A DNA stretch of 63,221 bases, filler included, from Reticulomyxa filosa (taxonomy: Eukaryota > Protista > Foraminifera): the NCBI GenBank assembly GCA_000512085.1. It is 18 parts of 18 records of this genome, joined end to end, with 100 filler letters (N's around TTAATTAATTAA, not from the genome) between each part and the next. Parts side by side here need not be neighbours in the genome. Positions count along the whole stretch, not along the records: positions 32,906 to 39,948 come from ASPP01002021.1; positions 40,049 to 42,298 come from ASPP01019477.1; positions 42,399 to 46,091 come from ASPP01011506.1; positions 46,192 to 47,428 come from ASPP01002229.1; positions 47,529 to 54,685 come from ASPP01008676.1; 13 more parts are not named here. The stretch is one strand, 5' to 3'. This document shows positions 34,810 to 48,500 of this stretch, piece after piece. Position 1 is the first letter of the stretch. Each line of letters opens with the position of its first letter. The notes below the pieces were generated by a model. It worked only from the letters and a program-made list of their open reading frames with translations, made no database searches and was not told where the DNA came from. The translations under genes and the position numbers were made by a program.

Positions 34810-37800
34810 TGTGGAAGAGTAGATCTTCTCCTGCAGGTATTATAAATAAATAGCAACATTTTTCATGACGAAAGTGCAAAGCCGTTATCATTACTGTTTT
34901 TTTCTTGCCTTTTCTTCCATCAAAAGTTGCCTTTGTATATGATGTTGATTAAAAGCATCGCCACATTAGTCATGCGGTGCATTTCCTGAAGAAAGTATTA
35001 GATGAAAGTATTATACCAGTTGTATCCGAGTGTACTGGCAATGCAAAGCGAGCAAAAAAAAAAAGCAATTGACACTAATCGAAGTGTCATTGATTGCATT
35101 GCTGTTGAGCCAGTATGTGAGATTGATGCACAAATATTACCTCATCCAAAAGGGCACTCTTTTTGAAGATAGTTGCATTTATGGTTATTGTGAACAATTG
35201 CAACAATTGCTGTTTAGACTTTTTTTTTTCCAAACTTTTTTTTTGGAATAGCGCTTGTACGCATTGGGAACGAAACGGGAACGGGGAGGAAATAGATCAG
35301 AACAAACAATGCATGACGGAAGTCGATTACAAGGAATAATAGTATTAGCTCAAGTGTTGTTCGATTATTCGCATTTGGAAAAAGCAAGTTATTGGTGTGA
35401 CGCTGGCATTCCTTTGTGTTACCAGTTTTGCATCTGTGTTGACCCCTTTTTTTAAAAGGGAAAGAGAGAGACGGTCGATGATGGACCCCCTATAAACAAA
35501 TAATTTTTAAAAAATTATATAAAAACTCAAACAAAACAGAAGGAAAGAATGGAACGCATTGATACAAATAATAATGATGAAAGCACAAATCCACTATTTC
35601 GAAGCAACAGAAGAAGATCCAAAGGTAGGCTCCGCAAAGGCGGGCGGACTTGAACAGCTATCCAAGCTGTTTACGCAAGTGCACGCATATGAAAGCGACA
35701 ACAACAATCGCGAGAACGATGATGATGATGATAATAACGAAAATGTTGACAATGATGAGGAAAGCACAAATCAAACTAAAGCCGGAAATAAAAATAAAAC
35801 CAGTCGGACGATGCCTATAACCCATCACATTTTGTTGCGATTGTTCCAATGTCACATCTATTTAATGCTGGATGAACTCCAATCTGCTGTTCGTCACTTG
35901 CGTCGAGCCACTCTTCTTTTGTTGGTACACTTGTTCTGATTAGCTTCTCTTTTTACTTTTTTTTTTAATTTGAATTGACTTCAACTTGGAACCTTTCCCC
36001 TTTTTTTTTTTTAGAAAAAAATTATTGTGTGAATGTTATACAACACTCAAAAGAAAAACGTAGAAGATGTGGAGATGAGCGAGGTGAAGAAGGAGGACAA
36101 GACAAAGAAAAACTTGATGTGGCTATATTTACTACGGTACAATACATTTTTAGCAATGACTTGGGTGATGCGCAATCGAATATTTGGAATCGACGACGCG
36201 GAGAATGTGTTTGACGACAATTTCAAAGAGTGGATGAACCACGAAGAGTTGAATAAAATCGACGTGGAATTGCAGGACATTATTCAAGACCCAAAATGCT
36301 TGGCGTCGGCCAAATATCAACTCATTCACCCAATGGAAAAAACGCTCATTCAAATCTCCGAACAAGCCAAACGCGAGTTTGACGATACACAATTCAAACA
36401 AATCAATGGCATGCTCATCGAACAACAATTACTCCCCAAATTAAAGCAAATGCACTCTTTGCTTGCTGCTGACACTCTTGCGCATCTTCATTCAACTCAT
36501 TGCAATCCGTTCTGGTATACATGTACATGTATATGTACATATATTTACATGCACATATGTATATACATATATATATATGTATATGCTGAGTAAACTACAT
36601 TTTCTTTGCTTCCATTCATTTCTTCTAATTTTTAATAATAAAATAAATTAAAAAAAATTACGATCATACAAAACATGGACACACATACACATACTGACAA
36701 TACAAATTGAACAAGATTCGATTTGAGGATTTAGTCATTGATTACACCTATCAAGATTGCACTGATTACATTGAAATGCTCTACTTTTGTAACAAGTTCT
36801 TGATTACTGGCCAATTTGCCAAGGCCAAGCACTGGATAAACCAATTAGATCAATTACTGACTACTGTTTGTTCCCGGAATGACGCTGGAACAGACGCTTC
36901 TCCGCCTTCTTCGAATCGCAAACTGCATGACGAATGGATATTCATCGGCCGGATGACGGTATTGCATTATCATTTCTATTCCCATAAAAAAATTGATCAA
37001 TGTTCACAAACCCTAACACAAGCTCTTCAACGTGAAGAATGTCTGCATCGAGAACTTTGGAAAATGCTTGAGCGTCCTAGCAGCAATGACGGTAATGAGA
37101 AGAATGACAATTCAGAGAATGATGACAATAATAATACTAATCCAAAAAACAATAATAATAACAACAATAATTTGATCTTTAAAAATAGTTATAAGAATCT
37201 TCAATCCTTTCAAAACGAATTGAGTGCCCTAAAATTGTCTGATGTTTTGCCTTTCGGCCGAGATGATGCTATCAGTTTTGCTGCTCATTCTTTGTTGTTT
37301 TTTTGATTTTTTTTTTTTTTAAAAAAAACCAAAATAAAAATAATAAAAAAAAGGTATCAAACAATATTGCCGCCATTGCAATTGTGCTCCCATTTGGAGG
37401 CATCGTTTGCGTGTGCGAAGTATTTGGTGTCATTTTTTATGTGCGACTTATTCCCTGACAGTGCATGAACTGATTCCTCTTAAAAATCAGTTGAAAAGAA
37501 TGTATAGGCTTACTCATAAAAAAACCGAACCATGCATGCGTTATCACCTTCGTTGTCTTTTGGCTTTGTCGAGACTCGGCTTTACTTGTTTCGTTTTGTT
37601 TTCTTTTTTTTTGTTTTGTTTATTTGATCTCTTTGTTAATGTAGGGACTGAGAATGAAAGAGTTTTTGGTTTTGTTTTGAATGCAAAGCCACAAAAAAAA
37701 GGGATATTGATCAGTGCAAACGTGGCGTAAACGAACTGTTTGATTATTATACTCAAGCCTTCCAATCAAAAATTGTCCAATTCTATGCACTCCAGCCACT

Positions 37801-38354
37801 CATTCAACTGTTGTTCGTGTATTTATATTCTATTAATCAATTGCCCATCCATGGTTGTTTGGCATCAAAAGTATGTCCTGGCTCCAAACCTGTCCCATAT
37901 GAGTTACCTGTCCATTTTTTTTCCTCATACAAGCAAACAAAGGATCTTTGTTGATTTGTTAAAAAGTTCTCATCAAAGTCGAATTATTGGAGTGAAATAC
38001 TTGCTGCACAAAATCAAGGTGTCGTTATTGGAAGGACGTTTTAGCATGGATATTATGCTTGGCTTCTTGTTTATCGTGTCGATATATTATCACACATCCA
38101 AAAATTTTAGAGCAAGTCCGGCCTTGGAACGCATCTACCAATATGTAACACAGAACTTTGAGGAGACCACTCCTGTCATGCGTGCTGTTTGGAATGTTGT
38201 TGTTCCTAAAGCGCTTCAGTTGCGAGGCAATTTTGAATGCTTCAATAAATACGTTGAAGAAATGGATCAAACGTACACAAATACACAAACACATAAATTA
38301 ATAAAACGATTATTGTCAGATTGGAGTGATGTCTTAGTGGGTCAAGAAAATTAG
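34810..38354 (+). CDS. Large multi-exon alpha-helical (possibly TPR-like) hypothetical protein; start uncertain
   Basis: Series of same-strand exon ORFs (35255, 35559, 36033, 36707, 37407, 37740-38354) separated by AT-rich introns. Helical patterns such as VLAQVLFDYSHLEKASYW and ITGQFAKAKHW. Confidence 0.55.
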
Positions 38355-38699
38355 TCATTTCCATCCTTTGAATCTTAATGTGCCATAACGTTCTACGATT
38401 TGTGTTTGTATTTACATGAGCATATTTGTTCTCAAAAAATCGTTAAACATATTTCATAAAAAATTGAGTTGAAAATTTCGGAACTAACATAAATCGAATA
38501 TTTTTGTAATGTATTTTCATATCCTTCAAGTTGAGAAATTTTTTTGAAAATTGTTTAGAATGTGAAATTTCTTTTCAACTTACAGGATTTTTGATTATGA
38601 TTGTATTTTTTTAAAGTTGGAAAATTTTTATTCTGTTCAACATTCGCACTTTTTTTGGTTACAATGACAGAAGATAGTTTTGTTTTTGTTCACCCAATC

Positions 38700-39845
38700 T
38701 TACTTCGACTGTTTGACAACACGTGGAATGTCAAGCGAGTTGGCCTCGACACTATGATGTTGCATTTGACCTTTGAAAACCAAGAAGAAGCGTGTCATCA
38801 CGCATTCTTCTCTATCAACTACGTAAATGCCTTGAGTTTTTATCCATCGATTTTTAGGATCCCCTCCCCTGGTATTAAAGGCCGTTTTTAGCACCGACGT
38901 CGCAGATTTTGTCGTCGATGGCACAGGGGCCACAGTCGAGGTATCTAAAGCAGATGCAGATTTATTTACAGAATTTTTTTTGACATCATCATCATGATAG
39001 CAAACTTCGCACAACGCCATGCATGACAATGATGGGCCGTACATGGATTTCGGCCAACTATTGTTGGGTGTATAACGACAATACCCTATTCGACAACAAG
39101 GAAAAGTTGTTGTTATTATTTGGTCATTTCCTTGTAAACAATTAAATAAAAAAGTAGCACACACACACAAACAATTACAAACCAGCAGAAGTGGCAAAGT
39201 TGCTTGCCATGTAAATGCCGCTACCATACGCGGCTCCATGTAGTTGCTGTTTGGTATTGCTGTAGTTCTTTAAACCCATACGAAGAATAGAGTGCCAGTT
39301 GCCCATGGGAGAGCCATGGAAAGCCAAAAAGGAGCCATTTTGTCGCTGAACGTTTTGAAATTCGGCCTCTTTTGCTGGGGTGGCACTAGCCAGAGCAAAT
39401 TGATACTCAGCTTTGATGCCTTTGACTTGCTCGTTTTCGGAGAGAACGCGTAAATGTGCACGATTGGAGGTAACAATCCAGCATAGCAATGGATACAATA
39501 AACAACTAACCTCCCCGAGTTTTTTTTTCAGCGTGGGATCGCCTTCAACTGCCCATTTTTTCATGTCTTCAATGCATGGACAATTGTCCAACAATTGCTG
39601 CAGCTTAGCCACATCAGGTTGTCCAGCAGTGTTCAAAATGGATTCGTTTTGGTTGTGATCTTCCTGGCCTCGCACTGACTCTGGGAAAAAGATGGTTATG
39701 CGCTGATTCAAGCAAGCAGCATAACACAATGATATCAGCAAGTCAGTTATTTCGGCTCTGTATATAATTTCACTTGCAAGAGAAAAGCCAAGGCCAATTG
39801 AGTCATGTCGAAATTGGCAAAATGGTTTTGTGCAAATGGATGGCT
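38700..39845 (-). CDS. PARP6/PARP8-like mono-ADP-ribosyltransferase, 3' part
   Basis: FLAFHGSPMGNWHSILRMGLKNYSNTKQQLHGAAYGSGIYMA, an intron, then CMALCEV...GIYVVDREECVMTRFFLVF. Upstream PSICTKPFCQF and DLLISLCYAA match the PARP6/8 family. Confidence 0.88.
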
Positions 39846-40777
39846 ATGTTATTATTTATTGATTGTTTATTGTTTATTATATGTGTATATAAACACATAT
39901 AAATATATAAATATATAAATATATAAATATATAAATATATACATATATNNNNNNNNNNNNNNNNNNNNNNNNNNNNNNNNNNNNNNNNNNNNTTAATTAA
40001 TTAANNNNNNNNNNNNNNNNNNNNNNNNNNNNNNNNNNNNNNNNNNNNTTTCTGTTTCTGTTTCTATCTCGTCGTTCATTACAAGATTCTTTAACAAGAC
40101 TTTTTTAAAAGGTAAACCCTTAATCATTCCTATTTTATAAGGTTATTTCTCTATTTCTTTTTTCAGCATAAAATATAATTCTTTTAAACTACGTTACAAG
40201 GAGTTTTTTTATATGAAAAATTTACAAAAATGAAATTTAAAAATAAAAAAAAGGATTATTAGGATTGATATTCATAGTCAAAATATTATTTCTAAATTAT
40301 TAGAATTACGTATATTAGGATTTGATATGTTTGATCAATCAAATCAAATTGCAATTGAAATGAAAATGATATTATAAATAATAATACTTCACAAGATTAA
40401 AGGTCATTCAGATACTGTTTTTTTTTAACAAAATAGTATCTCATACTATTTGATTATGGGATATTCATTGTTTAAAAGATTATAATCTGGTTTGTCATTG
40501 AAGAATAGTACTGAAAGCATTTAATGCTTGTTTAATTCAATCAAATTATTCACGAACTTCTTCTCATCTTATTTGATTAAATTGTTTTACACATAATTAA
40601 TCTATATGTCAATTAAACATTTGAATATGCATTTTGTAAAAAGTTTAAGAGAAAAAAAAATTACAAATTAAATCAAGTACACATTGCAAATTGGAAAATA
40701 GCAAAGTGTTACCTTGATATGAGAAAATTTGTACATGATTCTTTTGAAAAAAAAAAAAATTCAGCAACATCAACAAT

Positions 40778-41408
40778 ATGGGCAATCGAAATACAACACA
40801 AAAATCTTCTGAACAAAAGCAAAAAGATTCTACTATCTCAACTTCTTTTCAAGTTTTAAACGATTCCTTTACTCCACTTGCTAATCTTGAACACAATCAA
40901 CATATTATTACTTCAGCTCCCTTTCAAATTTTAAAGGATTTATCAAATCAATTTTCTCAATCTCAATGTGTACTATACAAACATGAAATCCTCATTTGTG
41001 AGTGTTATTCTTATCATACACTTAAAAACGAATATAAATTTATCTGTAAGTATCCAAGTGCTATTAAATTACATGGACATTGTGTAGTGAAATTGATAAA
41101 TAATAATGAAATTACTTTGTTGTCTTTTGGTGGATTATTTAAACATACATTGATAATGAAATATGTAAGTATTTGGAGTGATATATCAAAAAAATTAAAT
41201 AATCACAATGAATGGATTCCTTTCACAGACAATCACAATCATCCAATTATCATTGGAAGAGATGAAGATGATTATTGGTGGAAGTAACAATCATTTATTA
41301 TTTATCACTTACCTTGATAATAATATTAGTGTTTTTGATTTAAATATATTTCAATTTATTAAACATGATATTTTATCAACTGATGATATCTTTTATCAAA
41401 TATATTAG
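40778..41408 (+). pseudogene. Kelch-like beta-propeller pseudogene with an MG myristoylation-like start
   Basis: SQSQCVLYKHEILIC..CYSYHTLKNEYKFICKYP..LHGHCVV..TLLSFGG..HTLIMKY parallels 48501-49418, but has deletions, a frameshift and an early stop. Confidence 0.7.
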
Positions 41409-41810
41409 AATGCAATAAATTTTATTAAAATAAATTTTATTTTTTAAAATTTACAAAAAAGTTTACTCTGATTAGTCTTTTCATACGGTCCCATTTTATG
41501 CTTAGTTTTCATTTCTCAAATATGATATGTCCTGGATCTAATGTATTTGGAGATGAGAACATAATAACAATGGTTTTTAAAGTTGCTACAATATTTATGA
41601 AATAGTTTTTATTTCATTTTAAAATTTACCTCTAATAAAAAAAGAGGAATTGACATATACCATATTATCAATATTTTACACCCTTTTTGACATGATAAAT
41701 TATCATTTTCAATTTCATAATAAACAGATCAATACAAAAGATTGGAGTTATCAGATAAAAAATTCCAAAATCAAAGAAATGATATTCATTGGTTTATGAA
41801 GATAAAAGAA

Positions 41811-42298
41811 TCAATAAAAAATAATATTATCCCCAAAGATAAATAAGACCATTGCCTGCACCATAACACAGTTCAATACCATTACCTTTATTTTTTCTGT
41901 TTTTTTTAATTGTATAAATTTAAGACACATTATCCCTTTTTTCCAGTCATCTTCTTTGATTGTATACAGTTCATTTTTATTGGATCGAATATCCCAAAAT
42001 CGAATCGTATCATCATCTGATCCAGAACATATCACATTTGAACTAGTACCAACTTCACTATTATTCACTACAAATGGTGAATATTCAACATACCATATAA
42101 AATGTGTATGTCCATTGAATTGTTGAATTTGTTGACATGATCGAATATCCCACAAACGAACGCTTTGATCATCTGATCCAGATAATATTGTATTTGCACA
42201 TCCAATATTTCCTAATTCATTTGATCCATATTTTATACTCCTCACTGTATTTTCATGTTCTTTGAATACATTCAATTGTTTGGTTGTTTCAATATCCC
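41811..42298 (-). CDS. WD40-repeat protein, 3' fragment, frameshifted near the end
   Basis: ILSGSDDQSVRLWDIRS, FNGHTHFIWYVEYSP, and ICSGSDDDTIRFWDIR. Confidence 0.85.
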
Positions 42299-42488
42299 NN
42301 NNNNNNNNNNNNNNNNNNNNNNNNNNNNNNNNNNNNNNNNNNTTAATTAATTAANNNNNNNNNNNNNNNNNNNNNNNNNNNNNNNNNNNNNNNNNNNNAA
42401 AGAGAGAGAACAAAAAGAGAAAGAACTTGCACTTGACATACATATATATACATATATGTATATGTATACGTACATAAAAAGTCTTGCA

Positions 42489-43354
42489 GATGACGAATAA
42501 AGGAAGACAACAATGACGCAGAAAACAAAGAAAAAATAGCAAACGCAACAGGACTCAAATTAGACTTTCAAAATGACATAGCCCAACAACTTGCAGGGAC
42601 TGATCGTTCCAATGAAAAAGTGGACAATGGCAATTCTACAGTCAACACGCAAGCCAATGAAAATGCAAAGATCGACCCTCCTGCTTTGGTGGGCATAGCT
42701 CCTGAACTTGTGGAAGAAATGACAAGGGCCAGCACGCAGCATAACACCAAAACGAGTCCTGGGGAACGGTCTTTTCGTCGCTCAAAGACCTTTTCTCACA
42801 ACAACAAAACTCTAAAAAATCAAAACAAATCGAGTACTGATCACACTGCCGTTGCCAATGGTGGCACGGAACAACAGCCACAATTGCAGGCGATGACGTC
42901 CACACCTAGTCCGCAGGGACGATCTAAACCCAGTGGAAGTCTTAATTCCCCTGTCAACTCTGCCCATAAAACGCATCTTGGACCTGATGCTTTTCGCTGG
43001 CTGCCCGAATCCACTGCTCGCTTGCGCAACGAATTTCTGTCTGACAACTCAAATGGAGCTGCTGCGCGTTGGCGGATGAGCTCGCATCGAGATCCAAGCG
43101 CCAGCATATCTAGGAAAATGTCCATTGTTAAGGAAGTGGCAGATGACCTCACGGAAAAAATTGCTCCGATTGGATTGAAGGCAACTATGAGAGCATTACA
43201 GTTCTTTCAGCCGTCTCTATCTTGCGTTTCATCTGTTTTGATCCTTTTTTTTTTCTGTCCCCCCCCCCCCCATAGCACTCATCGAGATATTGACGAACAT
43301 ATCGACAAGGTCCATAACGTACTTAGCGTAAGTGGTTTTACTGTCAAAACATAA
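42489..43354 (+). CDS. 3' part of a hypothetical disordered Ser/Thr/Asn-rich protein
   Basis: 244-aa ORF with coding-like composition; no recognisable domain. Confidence 0.5.
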
Positions 43355-44796
43355 AATTGAAGATGTGCTATATCGTTTTCTCGAAAGAAAGAATAGGGAG
43401 GGAAGGGAAAATGTTTGATATCGATGTCATATTGCTAAGAGCATTCGTGCCAATGTTGTCTATTCACTCGAATTAAAAAGTGAAAATTGAGATCTTGTAA
43501 TCTTTTGCGTTTGTAAAGAAAAGCTTTTTCATTCATATAAGCGGCAAACAGTGAAAAGGGTATATTTTCAACACGCAACAACTTTTTTGTTGAATTTTTG
43601 TTTAATGTCTCTGAAACGAATTCGAAGAAATGAATATCACTTAAAATATTCGAAAAAAGAAAGGTTGACTACTTTATAGTCAATCACCAAGTGAGATAAT
43701 AACAGCAAGAAATTTAACACTTTTCATTGAAAAAATCACTTAACTTCACAACGTTGCGTTTTATGATTTAAATTTCTTTTATTTTAGAAAAAAAATTGCA
43801 TTGTAAGTAAAATTTTGTTATAAAAATTGATTAAATTAAATTTTTAATTATTGTAAATATTTAATTTTGTTATACCTTTTTTGTCAAACTTATTTAACTT
43901 GTTTTATATTGTATACATATTATACAGAAATAGCTTTTTTATTGTGAATTAATTCATATAATTTCTTTAAGTTTGGTTGAATATCAAACATAAAGTATTC
44001 AAAATAATATTTTACAATAGCACTTTACAATAAATGACTACACTTAATGTAGTGTAAATAATGTCGTATTAGCGTGATTATTCTAAAGTTACATCAAATA
44101 GCTAATCCTTTTTTACAACAATTTCTATTATTAAATAATAAATAACAATTGATTATGTTAATAACTATTATATTTTGCAAATATACAATCGATCGTAAAA
44201 AAAAAGACACAATAAAATGAACACATATAGACATTTGCAATTTTATTCATGAAAAATTAAAAAAATTTCAAATTTTTTTTAAGTGATATCTAGACATCAA
44301 GTAGAATCTAAAAATGCTTTGGTTTTAATAAAAGTGTAGAAAATCATGCAAAAATCGTTAATGTTTTTGTTCATTTTTTGAAAATTTTAATAAATATTAA
44401 AGATTTTCATTTTTTGAATTTTGGTAATCCTTTTTTTGGTTAATCCTTCAAGTTTTTTGAAGTTTTGTTTTGTTGTCTTTAATCCGTTTTTTTTTTATGC
44501 TGAATTTTGTGAAAACAATGTGAAAACATTTTACACATTGCCAGCTTGGTGACATTAAAGCTTACAAAAGATTTGGTTCGTTTCTATCATTTTCTTGTGT
44601 ATCTGTTGGTCTTTGGTTTATTTTGTATTATTTAATTATAATTTTCTTCACGTATTCAATCAAGCCTAAAAGAAATCACAATTGATCAATTTTAATGAAA
44701 GTTAAAAAAATGAAACAAATTCTAACATTTAGCAACAAATTGTAAAATCAAATGTTGAAAATTTAATCTAAAAAAGTGTAGATATAGTAAGCGAAA

Positions 44797-46040
44797 ATGA
44801 ACGTATCCAAGATGTAATAGCTGAAGTTGTATATATTAGTTTTATTTCTGCATAATGTCTACCGCCCTCATGTTCCGTGCACCTTATATCACAAAGATTA
44901 AATTATTTTCAACAAACAAATAACGACACTATATTACCATAAAACAATAATTTTTGTTGATATATAAAGCGCATAGGACAGGAGGCTGCCCAGATCAATC
45001 AGTAGATATAATGTCAAAAGACAATGCTGACATAACTGCCCAAGAAAGGCATCAATTAATCTTGGCTGGCATTAAAGAAGTGAATAAAACCACCCAAGTG
45101 TTCCAGCTTCGTTGGTGTCCAGGGGACTTGCTGGACGAGAAAATCTTAAAATCGACCCCAATCTTTTGGTACATGGTATGTCAATCAATAGTGCTACGTT
45201 TTCAAAAGAAAAACGTCGAAGAAAAATAAAAATAAAAAAAAAGAGATTTGGATGGGGTCGAGAAGACGTCGAAAAATTGCTCTACAAAGCGAAAATTTAC
45301 GTTGATCCTGTTTTTGAGCGTTTAGCGAAAAGAAGAAGATCATTTGTTGTTTTCAAAGCAATATAACGCAACAACATAACATAACAACAACAATATCACA
45401 ACAAACAATAGAGGCTTGTGACAAAGTATTCGGAACCAAATACAAAGGCCGTTGAGTATTTCATAATTCCCTTCACAACTGAAAAACAAAACAAAGCAAA
45501 CGATCTGTTTTGTGACATTAGCTCGATGGTTGCCACCCGACAAACAAAAAGAGAAACAAGCGCAATGGGACAAGAGAGGCTTTAAAAAAAGTTGAACTTT
45601 TGTTTGAGCTGTATGGCAAAAATTTCTGAAGGGCAGGAAAAAAAAAAAAAATGATAACTTCGCCGATCTCCATCCCCTCCCCCTTTTCTCAACAACCACA
45701 TATGGAACTATATACGTAACATATACGTATATAACATAAATCGATCCAAAACGATGAAGCCGATATTTGGTGGAAGATGAAGCAAATGGGCGAGTTGCAT
45801 AAATCACAACAACCTGTTCGCGATTACAAGGATTTGCAGTTTTCAAGCGCGAAAATGCAGTTTGAAGAGGCCAACTCACGTGGACAGAAAACCGATGGCA
45901 AACGCTCTTCCGCCACTGGCAATCAAAAGGGTGGACATCAAAGACGACGCTCCTTGTTAGATCGAAATCTCACTGATTCCAAGACCGCCATTTGGCAAGC
46001 TGTTTCCAATTTTGGAGAAAGCAACGTTATCGACAAAGGT
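44797..46040 (+). CDS. Multi-exon hypothetical protein, 3'-partial
   Basis: Exon-like blocks QVFQLRWCPGDLLDEKILKSTPIFWY, FGWGREDVEKLLYKAKIYVDPVFERL, and QPVRDYKDLQFSSAK, bounded by GT/AG. Confidence 0.45.
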
Positions 46041-46191
46041 TCGGTTCAATTTTTTTTTTTTTTTTTTAATACATTTTGTAAAAAAAAAAAANNNNNNNNN
46101 NNNNNNNNNNNNNNNNNNNNNNNNNNNNNNNNNNNTTAATTAATTAANNNNNNNNNNNNNNNNNNNNNNNNNNNNNNNNNNNNNNNNNNNN

Positions 46192-47310
46192 TGGGCCAAT
46201 TCTTCGGGTTCTCCAGTGCAGTCGCGAATCTGCTGAACCTCTTTGGGCATAGGCACATACTTGATCAACATTTGCAGCTATGTTTTGACGTTTAGAATTT
46301 TTTCGTTGATTGACAGCACTGCCCGCTCGAATGTCTATGTTGCTCATTGTAAAGCAGGACAAGCCGATCAACACATTGTACAAGCGTTTTCCTTCGATCA
46401 ACTCCACGGCCGAAAATTTTTCTTCCACCAGCGATTGGTTCACAATTGCGTCCTTCAACTTTGTTATGTCCTCCCAAATGGTTCCCTTCCAATGCAGTGT
46501 CTTCATTGGCACTTTCGGGTTCAATTTACGCTTTGGCTTCGGTCCTTTTGGCACTGTCCAGCGAGGGCAGTTCTGGCAACAATCCTGGAATTGGCGCGCC
46601 GAGTATCGGTAGTGGTATGGTAGCTGGGAGTGGTAAAAACATTCTCATGTGAATGGAGCGCGCCCCACCTGCAAATGCAAATGCAAATGCAAATGCAATA
46701 TAATATACAGTTTTCAATGATTCGTATAGGGATATGTCCACAAACATTACAAAAAAGAATTTGAGAATGTTGGATTAGTTAGATATAACAACTCTGTGAA
46801 ACAAAGACGGGAAAAAAAAAAAAATACAAAACGTGGCATAGGAACGCCTCCAGGGATCGGAGCACCAAGCAATATGCTTGGATCAAATGCGAGTGTTTGA
46901 CCACGGCGTGAAAGCCGACATCGTCGTTGTTATTATCGCGAATTGCGATATCGTGATCAGCACACGTCCAATCCGCCCACTGTTCACAAACTTTTCAATC
47001 AAGTCTACCTTTGCCACTATTCAGTGCGGGGATCAAATTCGTCAGCACTTCGTGTGCCACCAATGGGTTCGTCTGCTGTTTCAGTCGTTTTACCCCAGTC
47101 CTCCTCCGCTCCTTGCTTCTGTTCCGACGTATTCAAGTATTCGCTTTTTTTTTTCAGCTGCTTCTGAATCGCAAAGTCCAGGTTACGAATCTGCACCTTC
47201 CTCTCCTCCGGGTATCCCGACTGCGCCAAAAACTGTTCCAACAGCGCCTCGTGCTCTTCATCTTTTATCTCCACTATGTCTACCAGTTCTGACTTGCGTC
47301 CGCTACTTGC
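46192..47310 (-). pseudogene. Formin (FH1-FH2) fragment, probably a pseudogene
   Basis: Pro-rich FH1-like stretch, then PKVPMKTLHW..TIW..VEEKFS..LIEGKRLYNVLIGLS; frameshift to SINEKILNVKTLLQMLIKYVPMPKE. Segments are missing relative to a normal FH2. Confidence 0.7.
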
Positions 47311-47530
47311 ACTTTATATATACATATATATGTGTATATGTACACATATGTATATATTTACATACATTTTTTTGTATAGACTCCTTTTTTTTTTTAAGAA
47401 TGAAACTGAACTTGGCTGTTAAGCCCCCNNNNNNNNNNNNNNNNNNNNNNNNNNNNNNNNNNNNNNNNNNNNTTAATTAATTAANNNNNNNNNNNNNNNN
47501 NNNNNNNNNNNNNNNNNNNNNNNNNNNNAC

Positions 47531-47569
<39 letters not shown>

Positions 47570-47572
<3 letters not shown>

Positions 47573-48063
47573 CCAGTGATATCACTCGCTTCCAATCTTT
47601 CATAACATCAAAGTGATATGTCTCAATAACCATGTCCTTATTTAACCTATGCTGCAATTCAATCGTCTCTTTCGCGGCGTCCACCTTCTTTTTTCCCACT
47701 TGCTTTGTTGTAAATAATATCTGTCGATTCAAATTGGTAGAGTCCACCACGTCCTTGTCCACCAACAACAACTTGCCCAGCCCAATCTTGCTAGTGCAAA
47801 TGCCACTGCACAACCTATCCCACCCATCCCAATACCAATGCCACTTGCTTCGTTATCGTCTCTTGGTTCCAGTGCGGTATACACTTTTGGCGATCGAATG
47901 GGTCGCTCTTGTCCTCTGGTGGAATCAGCTGGCCAAACACCCCTCTCAATTCTGCTTTTTCATCCTTTTGCTTCTCATCTTTTTTTGTTTCATCCTTTTT
48001 CTGCTCGACATCCGTTGACACAACTGTTTTCGAAGAGTCTTCTGTTACGACTAGATTTGACAT
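47570..48063 (-). CDS. ThiF/MoeB/E1-like adenylating enzyme, 5' part, with two single-base frameshifts
   Basis: PFDRQ..IPHWNQ, reconstructed LVLG(V)GGIGCAVAFALARL(G)LGKLLLVDKDVVDSTNLNRQILF..VGKKKVDAA. Confidence 0.85.
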
Positions 48064-48500
48064 TATTTACCTTCCACACCAGAAAGGGTATCAAATTTTC
48101 AATATTTTTGAAAAAAGCTTTCTTTGTAAACTACTTTTATATCTTATCTTTCTTATATCTCATAATCTAACAAACTTTGGTGGTCAATGGACTGTGACAA
48201 GTAAACAGTAGAACGAAATTTACTTTTGGTTTAATGCTTTAATATTGTGAAATATTTATCAGTATTACTTGTCACAACAACGATAAAAAACACAAGTAAT
48301 CTTACCAAGTTCAAGCAAATAAAGAGCAAGTAAGCACATACACATATAAAGTATAGTTATGTACAAGATTGAACGTTGATAAGTGATCAAACTGAAAGAG
48401 GAGAACCAGAAAAGGGAAACAATTGATCTTATCGAAAGATACTTCGAATGTATTAAGTTTGGCAATAATCAAAAGTGTGTATAGTTTGACAGTCAATCTA

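Noticed and set aside
34810-38354. Assignment as MAU2/Scc4 cohesin loader
   Set aside because: Only a vague helical resemblance; not supportable by eye.
5026-39948. A single defence island of NACHTs, ART, PARP, TRAF and GTPase
   Set aside because: The genes lie on separate concatenated contigs; only the TRAF-like and RSH-NACHT-WD40 genes are physically linked.
47780-47840. Programmed frameshifting or RNA editing in the ThiF-like gene (also ABCC at ~2598)
   Set aside because: Single-base losses next to short G/C runs are better explained by sequencing error or pseudogenisation.
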